DNA of 64,000 nt from Octopus bimaculoides (GCF_001194135.2 NC_068996.1:55171222-55235221); one strand, 5' to 3'. Shown: positions 37,354-50,500, counted from the stretch's first letter. The notes: a model not told the origin generated them from the sequence alone. Program-made: numbers and translations.

Positions 37354-37692
37354 CTTTATTCATTTACTTGTTTGTCATTTGACTGCAGCTGTGCTGAGTG
37401 CTGCCTTGAAGGGTTTTGGTCAAATTGACCCCAGGTCTCAGATTTTTAAAGTTAAGTACTTATTCTATTGGTCTTCTTATCCCTAAGTTGTAGGGACATA
37501 AACACACACACACATAGACATATATATATATATGACAAACTTCTTTCAGTTTCTGTCTTCCAAAATCCACTCAAGGCTTTGGTTGGTCTGAGGCTATAGA
37601 AGACACTTGCCCAAGGTGCCATGCAGTGGTCCTGAACCTGGAACCATGTGGTTGGGAAGCAAGCTGCTTACCACATAGCGATGTCTGCGCCT
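37354..37692 (-). mobile_element. tRNA-head SINE (inverted relative to the copy in ING5 intron 1)
   Basis: Reverse complement of the 30511-30904 family, with some internal deletion. Confidence 0.85.
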
Positions 37693-37975
37693 ATATAAAT
37701 ACCTATTGAAATATTACAGTAAGATTTTGATTGATAATTTATAGTAATTGAGTTGTTGCAAGTTTGTAACCAGTTGGTTGCATTTTCGTGGATGTTTGCA
37801 GAATGTTTTACTTGAAGAATTTGTTTTGTTTTTCAGAATTTAACAGTTGTTTCTCAGAATTCTTTTAACTTTCTTATCTTGATTATTGACAACTCCTTGA
37901 GGGATTTGCAGATGTAGGATGTATCAATGATTTTAAATGAGACATTTTGTAAATATTAGATATGGTGCTCTCTTT

Positions 37976-37978
<3 letters not shown>

Positions 37979-38031
<53 letters not shown>
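37979..38031. repeat. (CT)n microsatellite
   Basis: Uninterrupted TC run. Confidence 0.95.
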
Positions 38032-38035
<4 letters not shown>

Positions 38036-39145
38036 CACTCCCATCACTATCATACAATTCAAGGTTAGGTGTTGTTTTATGTATTAATTTGAAAACCAAT
38101 ATAATTACCATCTTCAAATTCCATTAATTTCACTCAATTCCAGCTTATCTATTTTGCTTCTGTCTTTTGTCACTGGTTCTATATTGCATTAGAAATTTCC
38201 TGGAAGCTGAAATCTGTTTCATTTGTCTGCCATCTCTTCAGTACCACTTGCCATATATGTATGTGTATTGCTTTAGTATCCACTTTAACATGCACGTATG
38301 AGTCAAACGTAACTTAAGGCAGATTCTCTTTGGCTGGATGTTCTTCCTGTTTCCAACCCCCATCTGTTACCAAACAGGTTATTATTTTTCTTAATCTTTC
38401 CAACAAAATATACCTCGATGGTCAGATGCTTTTGCAGATTTTAAATAAATGACACTGCATGAACCGAAATTGTTTCAGTGAACCAGCATGCAGACACGGG
38501 AAAGACATGAATGTGTGTGTGTGTGTGTGATAAGCATGCTTATTGTGGTTTCTGTCTACAGATCTACTCACAAAAAGTTAGACAGCTTGTATCTATAGTT
38601 GAAGGCACCGACCATCTGTGGCAATGGACTCTATATAGTTCTGAAGTGGACTTCTTAATCACAGAGCCACATATTTGTGTACATGTTCACACACACGTGT
38701 ATTGTACCAAATATTTTATGACAACATGGTAGCTGGAGATTTGGTTCCATTGCAAGAATGGGTTTTTTTTTTTTTTTTTTTTTTTTGGCTAATGTTCTAT
38801 ACTATAGCTGTGGGTTGAGCAATACGGGTGGTTTTGTATGCTTGCAGGCAACTGAAATATGTCCAAGCATCTTGATACGTGAGTCATGTAAACAAAGGAA
38901 TCATTTATCTTGCTTGGAAACAGCTGATTGTTGGTATCCAATTGTAAAAAAAAAAAAAAAATCTGCTTTAGTAAATTCTGCCTGACTTATTATGCAAGCA
39001 TGTAAAAGTAAATGTTGAAACTATGTGTAATTGTTTTTATGTATAAGTATATATAGACAAATATAAATTGCCAAATAATGCCATACCTTTAGATAGTCTC
39101 GTATGTTTATATACATGTTTGTATCTCTATATACACATTTATATA

Positions 39146-40960
39146 CAAGGGGTTGCTGAAAAGTTCTTGGTTTTGGGTGAAAGAAAGTACCTGAAGACAA
39201 ATTATTTTATTCACCATGTTCCCATCTCAGATTCTCACACTTATTGCAACAGTCCTTCAGTTTTTCTAAGCCCTGTAAATAGAACTCATCCTTGTCCTCT
39301 CTGATTGCAGAAGTCGGCCATCCTGATTGGGTCTCATTTGTGGCCTCAAAATGACCAGTCTGAGACCTTGACACCCAGGTTTTCACTGAGGAGTAAGATG
39401 GGCAGCCATCCTTCAAGACTTCCTTCATCTTTCTATGGATTTCTGCTCCTCCTTTGCCTTGCAAAAAGAGGAACTTCATAACTGCCCATGCTTCAGTTTT
39501 ACAAAAATCCACTGTAAGAGCTGCCATCATGCATTAAATCTGCAAAAAAGATATATTGTATATCATGATTTTTTTTGCATGTCTTCTAAACAGTTGTCCT
39601 ATCTCTCCTGTAAAGATAACTGCTCTACCATTTTGCAATGTCCTTAACCCTTTCGTTACCATATTTCTAACCAAAATACACCCCTTATGTGTTTCAATTA
39701 ATTTCTAACATAATCATAAATTTAGTCTGGTTTCGTTAAACAACTCTAACTTTTTTTATTTATCAACATATTAATGTGATTTTTGGAAGATAATTTAACG
39801 AAAGGTTCTCAACCAATTCTATACCAAAATTTTTGTCACAAAGTGACTCTAATTACAGGTAAATTCAACAAAATATAATATTATTAAAATTTTTGTTCAA
39901 ACATCGCTATAGAAAATGGGTTATTAGCTGATATTCAATTGGGTATACAACAAAATATTATTATAGAAGAGTTGTGCACATTACTGGATTCATTACTGTC
40001 TCTTTTGCCAGTATAAAATTAAAATCCAGAGCAGTACCCAGTATTTGATTCACAAATCTTCCAAACTTTGATCCCCCATTTTGTGGGCTTTCCTGGCATA
40101 TACTGTCGAAAACGCACTCGGCCTTTATAGCCCACCATATCCTCATCACTTGATAAATGTCTCCCTGGTCTATAAACTGTTTTATATGTGTTTTGAACAC
40201 AGTCAATGAGGGGTCTTATTTTAAATAAGGGATCAAAGTCTGGTTATCCACATACTGGTGTACTACTTGTGTCTCTTACATGTAGATATCGAGTCAATTT
40301 TAAAAACCGTATCCTCGTCATTATACTTGAGACATATTCGTCTCCAATGAGTTCATCACTACTCCAGTAATTTCTTATTCTAGGTAACTTTCTAATGCCC
40401 ATACTAATATTTATGGCAAAATATGCTTTAATTTCATTCAAGTTTGTGGGAAACCACAAACTATCCTTTTTTACGGTTTGTTTCCGCCGTAATCAATTCA
40501 AATAGGTACATTGGAAAAAGCAAAAAGAAATAGTCTAAAGCTTTGCTCTCCTGGGTAAGACTGTGACTTGGTCCAGTTTCTTTAGAATAATCACTGAAAG
40601 AAGGAGTTTTTAAATTTTCACTCGATTCAGGTACTAATTCATTCTCTTTATTGCTATCATCGGAGCTCTCGGATTTGTCAGGATTACAAATTTTGAAAAC
40701 ACAACAGGAACAAATTTGGAAAAAAATCTCCCAAAATTCACAAAATTAAAAAAACACATCGATCGTTGTACAAAACTATAGCTGAACTGTTTACACAAAT
40801 AATCACATGTTTTCACAAATGTACTAACGAGATTTGCTCGGATATTCTCATTTAAATATGAATAGGTGATTATGGGCGGCTTGGTCACATGAACCAAAAT
40901 TTTTTTTGGGCGGTTTGGTTACGAAAGGGTTAAAGCCAGGACCTTCTCGGCCCCCCCCCC
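39146..40960 (-). mobile_element. Internally deleted mariner element (host of the nested piggyBac)
   Basis: Left TIR TA|CAAGGGGTTGCTGAAAAGTTCTTGGTTT; degenerate opposite TIR AAGCCAGGACCTTCTCGGCCCCC at ~40932-40955. The ORF 39207-39530 fuses the mariner N-terminal HTH (WAVMKFLFLQGKGGAEIH...SVKTWV) to the C-terminal DEFYLQGLEKL. Confidence 0.8.
39648..40929 (-). mobile_element. piggyBac transposon relic (1282 bp), transposase partial and disrupted
   Basis: TTAA|CCCTTTCGTTACCA ... TGGTTACGAAAGGG|TTAA. Peptides EIKAYFAINISMGIRKLPRIRNYWSS...MTRIRFLKLTRYLH and LSSDEDMVGYKGRVRFRQYMPGKPTKWGIKVW are PGBD-family motifs. Confidence 0.93.
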
Positions 40961-43019
40961 CCACCTACATTGTATGTACATACATATGTATGAGAAAAGA
41001 ACTTGGGCATTGATTTGGTACTCCTTTATTCCATCTGTTGTATGTTTTAGTATTCAGCAACACATTACATCACACCAGGCCTGCATGGTGAGCATTGTTG
41101 GGCAGGAAATAAAAGATCAACAGCAACCAAACACATTGGAAGCTTGGGCGAGAATGGGAGACTGAAAAAAAACCCAACTGACTATAACCACAGGTTGGAC
41201 TGGTGTTTGTGAGGGTAGAATTTAGTCACTGAGCAAGGGGTGAAAGATGGCATACCAGCAAGATAATGAAGTGCAATAAGTAGCTAGGAGCTAATGTAAT
41301 TACTGTTGTAACCTCTGCACAAACTTGTGGTCAGTAACCCAGCCCACTTGTAAACATACTTACACGCCACCAGCTCCAGTAGGGTCAACAAGTACTTTGT
41401 AAACACGTGCATACACTCGTGTATGTATATAGATATATATATGTATACGCACATTGGTATGCATGAGCAGGTTCTTCATATTTCTATAGCATGATATAAC
41501 TGATAATACAAATCACAACAGCACCAATAGTAAATAGTGGTGAATTGATTTGACAGCAATAAGAAACTGTAAAGGTGGCCACAAAGTGGAGGGTACTGAG
41601 ATGGAGATGGAAGCCAGGCTACTGTGTGGTAATGTCATTTGCTTTTCCAACCCATCTTATTTGTCTTCTCCATACTGCCACTGTTAAATTTGGTTGCTGT
41701 TGGTCTTTTACATCTTGTCTGACGATATATTCATCATGCTGGCCCTCTATTGTGATGCCTTGCGTTGCTGAATATTGGAATGCATGCAACAGTGGCAATA
41801 AAGGATTTCCAAATGAATGGTGTTTTTTTTCCCTGTGCTCTTTGTATTACATCAAAACCTACCCTTGGATACCGACAACCTATTTGTATAGCAACAGTGG
41901 GAGTTTAATGCAATTAACATCAAAGCCAAAACCTAAATGGTTGAAGTGTTGCACATTGTGTGCATCCAAGCATGTGTTAGTGTGTGTTTTTATGTATAGT
42001 TATTCTTTTGTTATTTGTGCCTACGTACAATTATGCAAGCACTGGAACAACAAATATATATATAAACATTTCAACTTGTTTCACCCTTCTGTTCAGTAAT
42101 GTTAGTGGTCACAGTTCTGGTCTTGACTTCTTTTTTTTTTTTTTTAGACATTTTGAAACCATGCTCCTTAGGATTCTTCATTGTATATATTTGTGTAGTG
42201 GGTATTTTACTTTTCTTTTTCTATTATGCATGGAGTTTGTATGAGAGTAATGCATATACTCATAAAGAATTTCATATGTACTCCCACCATATATTTTTTA
42301 TCTGATTTTTAATCAAAGCCACCAGGTGTGAACTCTCATCTTTCATTGTGATTTATGTACAAATAAATATATTTTTCATTATCATGGTTTCTTGTTGTAT
42401 TTAATACTAGCAGAAGGACCCAGTTTCACTTATAGCCTTAACACAATACTCTTTGCTTGTAGTGGAATTTGATTCCTTCCTTCTAGGCATGGTTGGGTAA
42501 ATATTTCATAAAGGACCTGTTTATACCTCGGTGTAAAATAATTCTTCTCTGAGCATTTTTTCTAGTGCATTCAACATATCTGGCCTCCAAACCAGCTGCA
42601 AGCCACATTTTTCTGGAAAAGAAGTGAGATCATGCATAAACAGCTCTTTTCCCTAGAAAAGAGATTTGATTGCTATTTCTTACACACCCTACTACCACAT
42701 AACTGCTATTTACGGTAAAGCACCTGCTGATATTTTGCTGTGAAATAATTTTACTCCCTCACCCAACCACCCCCTTTTTTTTTCCAGAATAAAAGTGGCT
42801 TGCAGTGGGGTTTGGAGGTTAAATTTGTTGAATGCACTCAAAAAAGAACCTGTGGAAAAAATTATTTCACATCAAGTTATGAATGAGTCCTTTACAAAAT
42901 ATTTATCCATGGTTATTTACTGATACACAAATACACTGGTGCAGAAGATTGTGAACAATGAAAGCTGTAATAATTTTTTTGTTACTAGAAATTGTTAGAA
43001 AGGTAAATGCCAGAGAGAA

Positions 43020-44470
43020 TGATTGGTCCTCACCACTTCATACCATGTCTCCCTCTTCTGTGGGTACCCTCCACTTTCCATGATCAGCTCTTCTTTATAC
43101 AACTGTCTTCATTCATAAGCATCACATGTCCAAACCAACAGTCTTCTCTCTTGCATGCTGTATTTGATTCCTCCTATGCCCAACTTTTCTCTCAATATGT
43201 TTTGCACTTTGTCGAACATGCACATCCAGTAGAGCATCCTACCTTCATATCTCTCCAGTCTACGCATGTCTTCCGCATTCAGAGCCCATGTCTCACTATC
43301 ATGGGGTATAGCCATTCGTACACAAGCATCATACAATCTACCTTTCNNNNNNNNNNNNNNNNNNNNNNNNNNNNNNNNNNNNNNNNNNNNNNNNNNNNNN
43401 NNNNNNNNNNNNNNNNNNNNNNNNNNNNNNNNNNNNNNNNNNNNNNNNNNNNNNNNNNNNNNNNNNNNNNNNNNNNNNNNNNNNNNNNNNNNNNNNNNNN
43501 NNNNNNNNNNNNNNNNNNNNNNNNNNNNNNNNNNCTTTAGCTAACAACAACCTGGAATCAAAGGCCCTTTGATTCCAGGTTTTGCTTCCATACCAGGATT
43601 TTCTGCAATAAGAGTGAGGTGATCAGCATTAAGCAGTTCCCACGGGCACCCAGTTTTGAATTCCTCTGTTATGGTTTGGAGGACTATAATGAATAAGAGT
43701 GGGCTGAGAACTGAATCTTAGTGAACCCCTACTTGTACACTAAATTCATCACTGTATTCGTGGCTGACTCTGACCTCATTGACAGCACCCATTGTACATG
43801 GCTTGTACAACTTTAACAAGCCATTCCTCTCCCAACTTCTTAGAAGCCACCAGATAACAGAGTGGGGAACTCTGTCGAAAGCTTTCTCCAGATCAACGAA
43901 AGTTAAGTACAATGGCTTACTTTTGGCCAAATAATTTTCTTGCAGCTTTCTCACTAGGAAGATGACATCTGTAGTACTCTTCTCAGATACAAGACCAAAC
44001 TGCATCTCATTCCGAATCAATTGAGCTATAACCCTTTGTAACTTTCATGACCTGGTCTAAGTTTTGATACCTTTGTAGAATAACCTGATTAACTATATGG
44101 TCCCTCAATTGATTCGATATTTCATAGACTCTCCTTCTCCCATTCATTTTTCACCTTTCATAGTGACACTTCCATGCATCTTTCTTCTGTGTCACTAAAT
44201 GCAAGCATACCATGATCCATTCGCACACATTTCTCACCCACCACATCTCTATTCTCTCTGATACACTGATTTGCAATCCTGAACACCTCATGCTATGTAA
44301 ATCTGACGCCTAGCTTCCCTTCTGGCAACCTGGAATAATTCTCTACTTCCACCATTTTCCAGTCTTTCCAGGTCTGTCTTTTAGCTTTTATAGCACTGTC
44401 AACCTCCTCCTTCCACTACCATGTCACCCTTGGTCTAGCTGGGTTCCTGCATCAACCACAGATTTCGTCT
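43020..44470 (-). mobile_element. RTE-clade LINE fragment spanning a gap
   Basis: QFGLVSEKSTTDVIF...FVDLEKAFDRVPH on one side of the gap and HDSETWAL...QERRLL on the other, in the same orientation. Confidence 0.88.
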
Positions 44471-45369
44471 AGCCCTCAGTAAATTGTTCCACAGAAACTT
44501 CCTATTTTTCCTACATTGGATGGCTTTCCTAACACCATCTACATTACAAAGTGTAATGGGTGTTATTTTTTTTTATGACACCTGCACTATATGTGGGTGG
44601 GGCAGCAAGTTAAGTTACAGGACAAGACAACCCTTGGGGTGCAGTCTTGAGGAGGTGGCATTGTGCCAGGTGTAGCAGTTAAAGTAAGAAAGGACGGGAC
44701 GAAGGGTCTTGCTATGGAGAATATACATGGATACCCTGACAGGTGAGGGGAGATGTGGTATCAGGCTGTACCCTGAATAAACAAGGTGGACAGAGTACAG
44801 AAATCACTCAAAAATTTTAATTGCTTCCTGAATTTGATGAGTAATTTTCCTCATATACCTCTGATCATTTGTAGACCTTTGTGGCGCATACCAGGATTTT
44901 TATCAACCAGGTGAGTATTCACAGCATCAATTAAAGTTCACTTTTCATTGTCTCAAAGATGCTGACCTTTTGTCCGAGCATGTGGCTAGCTGTAAAGTAT
45001 GTGCCATTGAAAAAGCTGAACTGCACCGGGTGCTCCCTCTGACCGCTGCTACAATGAATTTTCACCTCTGAAGTTGTGTTTTTAGCACAGCTCGTCTACA
45101 AGACATGTTATATCAGAATAAATAACTGGCTTACCGATAGTGTGTAATGCTGTCTCAGTTGCATATACCATATAATATACATACACACACAAAACAAATG
45201 CATCAAGAAGTGCCGAGCTCTAATTGTGGAGAGGGTAGACCCAGAAAGACATAGGACGAAGTGGTGAGGAAGGATCTTCAGGCTAAGTAAATATGTAGTC
45301 GTCCTTGCATATAGGCATGTACCCTGCATTCCTCTTCAGCTGAGCGTTCCTAATCTTGTTGGCTCGTGG

Positions 45370-45541
45370 GTACCGGTGCCACGCAAAAAGCATCCAGTAC
45401 ACTCTGCTAAGTGGTTGGCGTTAGGAAGGGCATCCAGCCATAGAAACTATGCCACAATACACAGTTGGAGTCTGGACAGCTCCATGTCAAACCGTCCAAC
45501 CCATGCCAGCTTTGAAAACGGACGTTAAACGCTGATGATGG
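45370..45541 (+). mobile_element. RTE 3'-tail fragment
   Basis: GTGCCACGCAAAAAGCA...GTTGGCGTTAGGAAGGGCATCC...GGACGTTAAACGCTGATGATG. Confidence 0.75.
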
Positions 45542-46379
45542 GATATGCGTAAGAATACATATTGCATGTAGGTGAGAAGGGTGCCGGTAAGACATGTAAC
45601 ATGAATGAAGCTCTAACATCAATAATGGAAAACGTGAAGTGGAACTATGAGGAAATGCAGTTATGCTAAACATGCACAGGATATTCAAGCTAAGTCTGAC
45701 GGTTTGCTTAAAAAAAAGTAGAATATCTCATCCAAAAATATAAAGTTTAAAACCAAAAAATAAATGACTGGGAGATAAGAGTTTACTCAAAGGAGCTGCC
45801 TTCAATTTCCAACATCGTTGCAAGACCAGTCCAGCAGCAGCTCTCGCCAGTCAGAGATTGGCCACAGTCACAGAAGTCTGGTGCAAGCTCCTACCTGGCC
45901 GACTCCTGTCAAACCGCCTCACCCATTCCTGCATGGAAGGCGGACGTTACGCGATGGTGATGATGATGATGAAATATATATACCTACACACACTTACAGG
46001 GTGTTCAGGCTAAATTTGAGGCGTGAGGGTTTGTCTCTTTTTCATAGGAACAACTTGATCCGATCAACGGGACAGCTTGCTCGTGAAATTAACATGCTGA
46101 GCACTCCACAGACACGAGTACCCTTAACGTAGTTCTCAGGGAGATTCAGCGTGTCAAGACCTGCCCTTTGAAATACAGGTACTACTCATTTTGGTAACTG
46201 CCTCAACATGTTGGCATAGTGCACTCCATTGATGATGTGGCCCTTTTGAAGATATTTAATAAACAGACCACCTTTTGCATACCATGATGAGGAGGGATAT
46301 TTCCACTGCATGGATTGTCTCTGGCTTAAAGTAATTAACCTAACACTCTTCACAGGTTAGGATACGTTCAAGAAGATTG

Positions 46380-46780
46380 CTGGATCTGCCTCAAACAATG
46401 TCAGATTATCCCGTCATGTGACCAACCTGGTGCGCTTTTGATGAGGTGTCAGAACACGTGGCACCCATCGTACACGAACCTTCGTCGTGCCAAGTTCATT
46501 GTGTAGAATATTCTCAACTCTCTCACAGGATATGTTAACATTGGCTATTTGATTTATAGTCATGCGCCTGTTATCCATCAACATGTGGTGAACACGATTA
46601 AGGATTTCCTCGGTGGTGGCAGTTGTGGGGTGTCCTGACATTGGGTCATCTTCAAAGCTCTCCCTTCTCCTCATAAATTCAGCTTCCCACTTTTACACTG
46701 TTGATAAAGCTGGAACGTCATCCTGTAATGTAGAAACCGTGTCCAGCATGAACGTCGGATCTTTCTGATTTGGCGGGCAC
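46380..46780 (-). mobile_element. Mariner transposase fragment (N-terminal half)
   Basis: ESFEDDPMSGHPTTA...NRRMTINQIA...ILHNELGTTKVRVRWVPRVLT contains the mariner WVPR-L motif. Confidence 0.85.
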
Positions 46781-47076
46781 CACTTGTTTTCTTAACGAAA
46801 CACTTTCAAACTTGGGACACTGGTAGAATGTGTCATATAAAACATCTTTTATTCTTAGTGTTATTGAGAAAATTTTATCTTTTTAAGGTTATTTCGTGTT
46901 AAAATTGTCGTATTTCGGTAATTTCAACCAATCATTGACGTCTATTGAGGTGAAAACAATTACTGCTGTGGAGTGTCAACAAAACGTTGTGTGGTGTAAT
47001 GGGATCTTTTCCCTTGAATAAAATTAGTGCCGTTGTTTGTCCACAACAACTATCGGAGGTAGTTATTTATGACTTT

Positions 47077-47226
47077 GTTCGTGCGTTTGTACTGGTTTTA
47101 GCTTTAGGGTTTTAGGGTTAGGGTTCCGGTTTTAGAGTTAGGGTTAGGGTTAGGATTATGAGTATTTTTGCCATAACCTAACCCTAACTCTAACCCTAAC
47201 TCTAAAACCAGTACAAACGCACGAAC
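47077..47226. repeat. Fold-back: perfect 25-bp arms enclosing opposed TTAGGG and CCCTAA-type repeats
   Basis: GTTCGTGCGTTTGTACTGGTTTTAG (47077-47101) pairs with CTAAAACCAGTACAAACGCACGAAC (47202-47226). Inside are TTAGGG/TTAGAG units, a short AT spacer, then CCCTAA/CTCTAA units. Confidence 0.93.
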
Positions 47227-47684
47227 GCTTACCATTGTAAGTATTTTTCAAATATGAAAATGTTACAAGTATAAGGTGTGTTATGAGCATTTATAGAACA
47301 CGTATCCTACAGAAACTTAACAAACAATAAAAGTGGAGAAGAGAAGGTGTTGAAAGTTTTATAAAATGTTAATCCATGCATACGATCGTTTCGAACGGTA
47401 AATCTTTTCCCCCCATTATATTAACCTAATAATTACTCCCACACAACCCTAAAGTTTTTTGTCTTTTGAATTTTAAGTAACTTATATTAAATTATACTAA
47501 CTACTTATATTTCTTATTGTAGAATTAAAAAAAAAAAACAATTTCTTTTTAATAAACACCATAATTTATTTTCATTTTTTAAATTGTATACCACTCGTAA
47601 CTGTCAAATCATATATAAATTTATTTCTCGTACCTCCAGCGTTTCCACGTCTATCCCTTTTCCAGTCGCAGCCGCATAACTGTG

Positions 47685-47696
47685 GCCACCTGCTGG
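47685..47696 (-). promoter_or_regulatory. Candidate CTCF core motif
   Basis: Minus strand CCAGCAGGTGGC is an exact match to CCASYAGRKGGC. This is a motif match only. Confidence 0.4.
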
Positions 47697-47839
47697 CGTT
47701 TTCTCTATTTTTCACACAACGGGGAAAAAAAACAACAATTCAAAATAACACTAGCAACAATTTGAACAGTAACAATCAATCAAACACATATTTAACACTA
47801 TGACTTACGTCTAACACGACAAAAAACAACTCAAACCGC

Positions 47840-48875
47840 TTGTGTAGTCACATCGCAAGCCTCCGCCAAGGCAATACCAACGTCCTCTCAACGATTAGCC
47901 AAAGATGATTTTTAAAATGAGAATATCTGAAATAAACTGGACTGCTCTCACAAACGAGAATGGAACCCGATCGCTCTCAAAAATTAAGTAAAAAACCCGG
48001 GAAAATAATCCAGAATCCTTGTTCGGTACCTGATTGATCCCAATGGTAGTCATGGAATATGAAAGTAGGTGTGCGGACCATGTTTGTAATGCTGTGAGTG
48101 TGTCGTCTGCAGTGGGAACAGGGGCAGTTTTTCTCTATGAAGGCCCTTTTTAGTCTATCTATACTGATACAGTGTCTTTACGACCATTAAAGTCTAAAGT
48201 GAAAAAGTTATCCATGCGTGAAAGAAAATGGAAAGGACCTGCATACGGTGCTCTTAACGGTGGTTTAGCAACATCATTGCGCACAAAAATGTGAGTCCAA
48301 GAAGTAAAGCTTCCTTCAAAGCAGAACTAGAAATGCAATTGTCAAGATGTTTTAAACAGGAGCAATATATTCAAAATTGGTAAAACTAAAAATTGTTGAG
48401 GATAAATTAAACTTATTATTGTTACTGAATGTGTTAGTGTTATTTAATTTCTGAATGGTTTTGCTGCCGTTTGTTTATGTAGTTTGATTTCTTTATCCAT
48501 CAGTTTCTACTAAGATAAAGACGGGAGTAAAATTAATTAAAGAGAGACGAAAATAAAAATTTGGAAACAGCAACGCCACCATAACTTACGTGAAAACCGC
48601 GAGCGTGCTTTCAAGGGAGATAATCAGAGAAAGACTTGAAAGTGAACGTAAGATCGTAATACTTCATCTAAAGTAAAGTAAGTATAACAAATGATCCAGA
48701 ATCCTTTTCCAGTACCAAATCGATCCAAAAATCTAATCAGTTCGTGCCAGTCACGAGGCCAAACATCCCTGAAAGTTTCATCCAACGGTTCTTGAGATAT
48801 CTTGTCCACGGACAAACAAACATACAAACACGACTGAAAACAATATCTCCACCTTCGCTAAGGTGAAGGTAATAA
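47840..48875 (+). mobile_element. Helentron-associated non-autonomous element (HINE-like), possibly rearranged
   Basis: 5' CCTCCGCCAAGG (47860-47871), a repeated GATCCAGAATCC core (~48007 and ~48695), an ACAA microsatellite, and a 3' hairpin ACCTTC-GCTAAGGT-GAAGGT followed by AATAA. Confidence 0.5.
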
Positions 48876-48879
48876 ACGG

Positions 48880-50500
48880 TGACACACAGTTGATTCTACC
48901 GCCACAAGATTACAGTTGATGTTGTTTCCCCCTCTCATACATTCTGCTGTTGGTTGTTCTTCCGCTACGGCGAGATAGAAATTCGCAGCTATTTGATCCT
49001 CGTTCCTATACCGGTGCTTATGAAATAAACAAATAACAAAACTTGATCATGGCGCCGCTGATATAGCAAGGAAAATCTCTTGATGACATAAATTCACAGT
49101 CGATCGAAGACGTCTCAACCTGGCTCAAGGCATCCGAAACAAAAGCTTACGTGGACGAATTAAAGGATAATGACCAAAGTCCTGTGGCTTTGAAATTAAT
49201 TTCTTTGGTAGGGATATAAGCGTTAAAAATTATCCGAGATATTAAAATCCCGAAGAATATCATGAAAATTACTTACGATGACTTGAAACATTCAATTCTA
49301 ATCAAAGAAACTGATATTAGCTGAAAGAACAACATTCTTCTTCATTATTCAACAACCAAATGAATCAATTTCTCAATTTATCTCAAATCTGCGATATGTC
49401 AGTGAATACTGCGATTTTGAAAGTTTTAAAACATCTAAAACGTCACTGAGTAAAAAATTCGCACTGTTTCATTTGGTCGTCGGTCTAAGAAGCAGCGAAG
49501 AAAGAGAGAAAGTTCTTCAAGTTAATGAAGTTAATGAACTCGGTTTAGAAGCTACAGAATAATTTTTACAACGTTCTTCGCAAATATCTGAATTTTGCAA
49601 CAATTGAAATTGAAAAGGAGAAGTCATTGCCTATTCCAAAACGACTGCACAAGATAAAAGAAAAATGTCTGAGCGACAAACCCTATTACTGCCGTAGAAA
49701 ACTTTGGTTCCCATAACACAAATGCCCTGCAGTAAAAACTATCTGTAAAAACTGTGGCAAGAAAGGCCAATATGCAAAAGTTTGCAAAAGCGCCAAGAAT
49801 GATCGCAGGATGAGATTTACCGACGATAAAAAGAGTGCAAGCTACTGTTAAATTAAAACCTAATGCCTTTGATAAATTCTGTACCGCCAGAAGCGTACCT
49901 ATTACTCCCGAGGAAGATGTAGCAAAGGAAACAGTTGCATTGGAAGCCAGAGGTGTAATAAAAAAATGCGCTCAGAGTGGCATAGTCAATATTTCTCCAG
50001 TCGTATGGGTTAGAAAGAAAAATGGAGACTACGTATGTGTTCCGACTACAAAGTTTACCTAAATGAAAAAAGCCCAGAAGCTTATCCCTTGCCACAAATA
50101 GAAACCATGTTCAGCTAGCTTAGTGGTGTAAGATTATTTGCTGTAACTGACTTAACAGACGCATGTTGGTAGATCGAGCTCGATGAGAATAGTCAGCTTT
50201 GCGCCATCGGTACTACAAGAGGAGTATACTGGCGGATGAAAAACAGTTCTGCAATTTTCAGCATGCTATAGAGAATGTAGTGCTCAAGGGACTAAGAAAT
50301 TTCAGCTACCAAGACGATATAATCGTTTTTGCTAAGACGAAAGAGAACCTGAATAAACATTTAAATGCAATCTTTTGAAGATTACGCGAAAAACAGGTTC
50401 GTGTCAACAAAGAAAAATGTGACCAAAAGCCTACAAGTATCACATTTCTAGGCCGTGTGATATCAGCAGGAAAAGAAACCCATCGAATCGACATTAATGT
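48880..50500 (+). mobile_element. Decayed Ty3/Gypsy LTR retrotransposon (LTR end, PBS, gag, RT)
   Basis: AATAAA (49024-49029), ...CA followed by PBS-like TGGCGCCG at 49050, a CCHC-like knuckle (CKNCGKKGQYAKVC), and RT motifs SPVVWVRKKNG, YPLPQIE, FAVTDL and SYQDDIIVF...FLG. Many stops and frameshifts. Confidence 0.85.

Noticed and set aside
41058-41087. Possible 30-nt exon (TTCAG|...ATG|GTGAGC)
   Set aside because: It lies downstream of the ING5 stop, has no partner exon or homology, and such splice-like words are frequent by chance.
41575-42099. 174-aa ORF
   Set aside because: It has a GTG start, Cys/Trp-rich composition typical of non-coding DNA, and no recognisable family.
44800-45110. 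Possible decayed coding fragment on the minus strand
   Set aside because: All three frames have stops and I cannot name a homolog.
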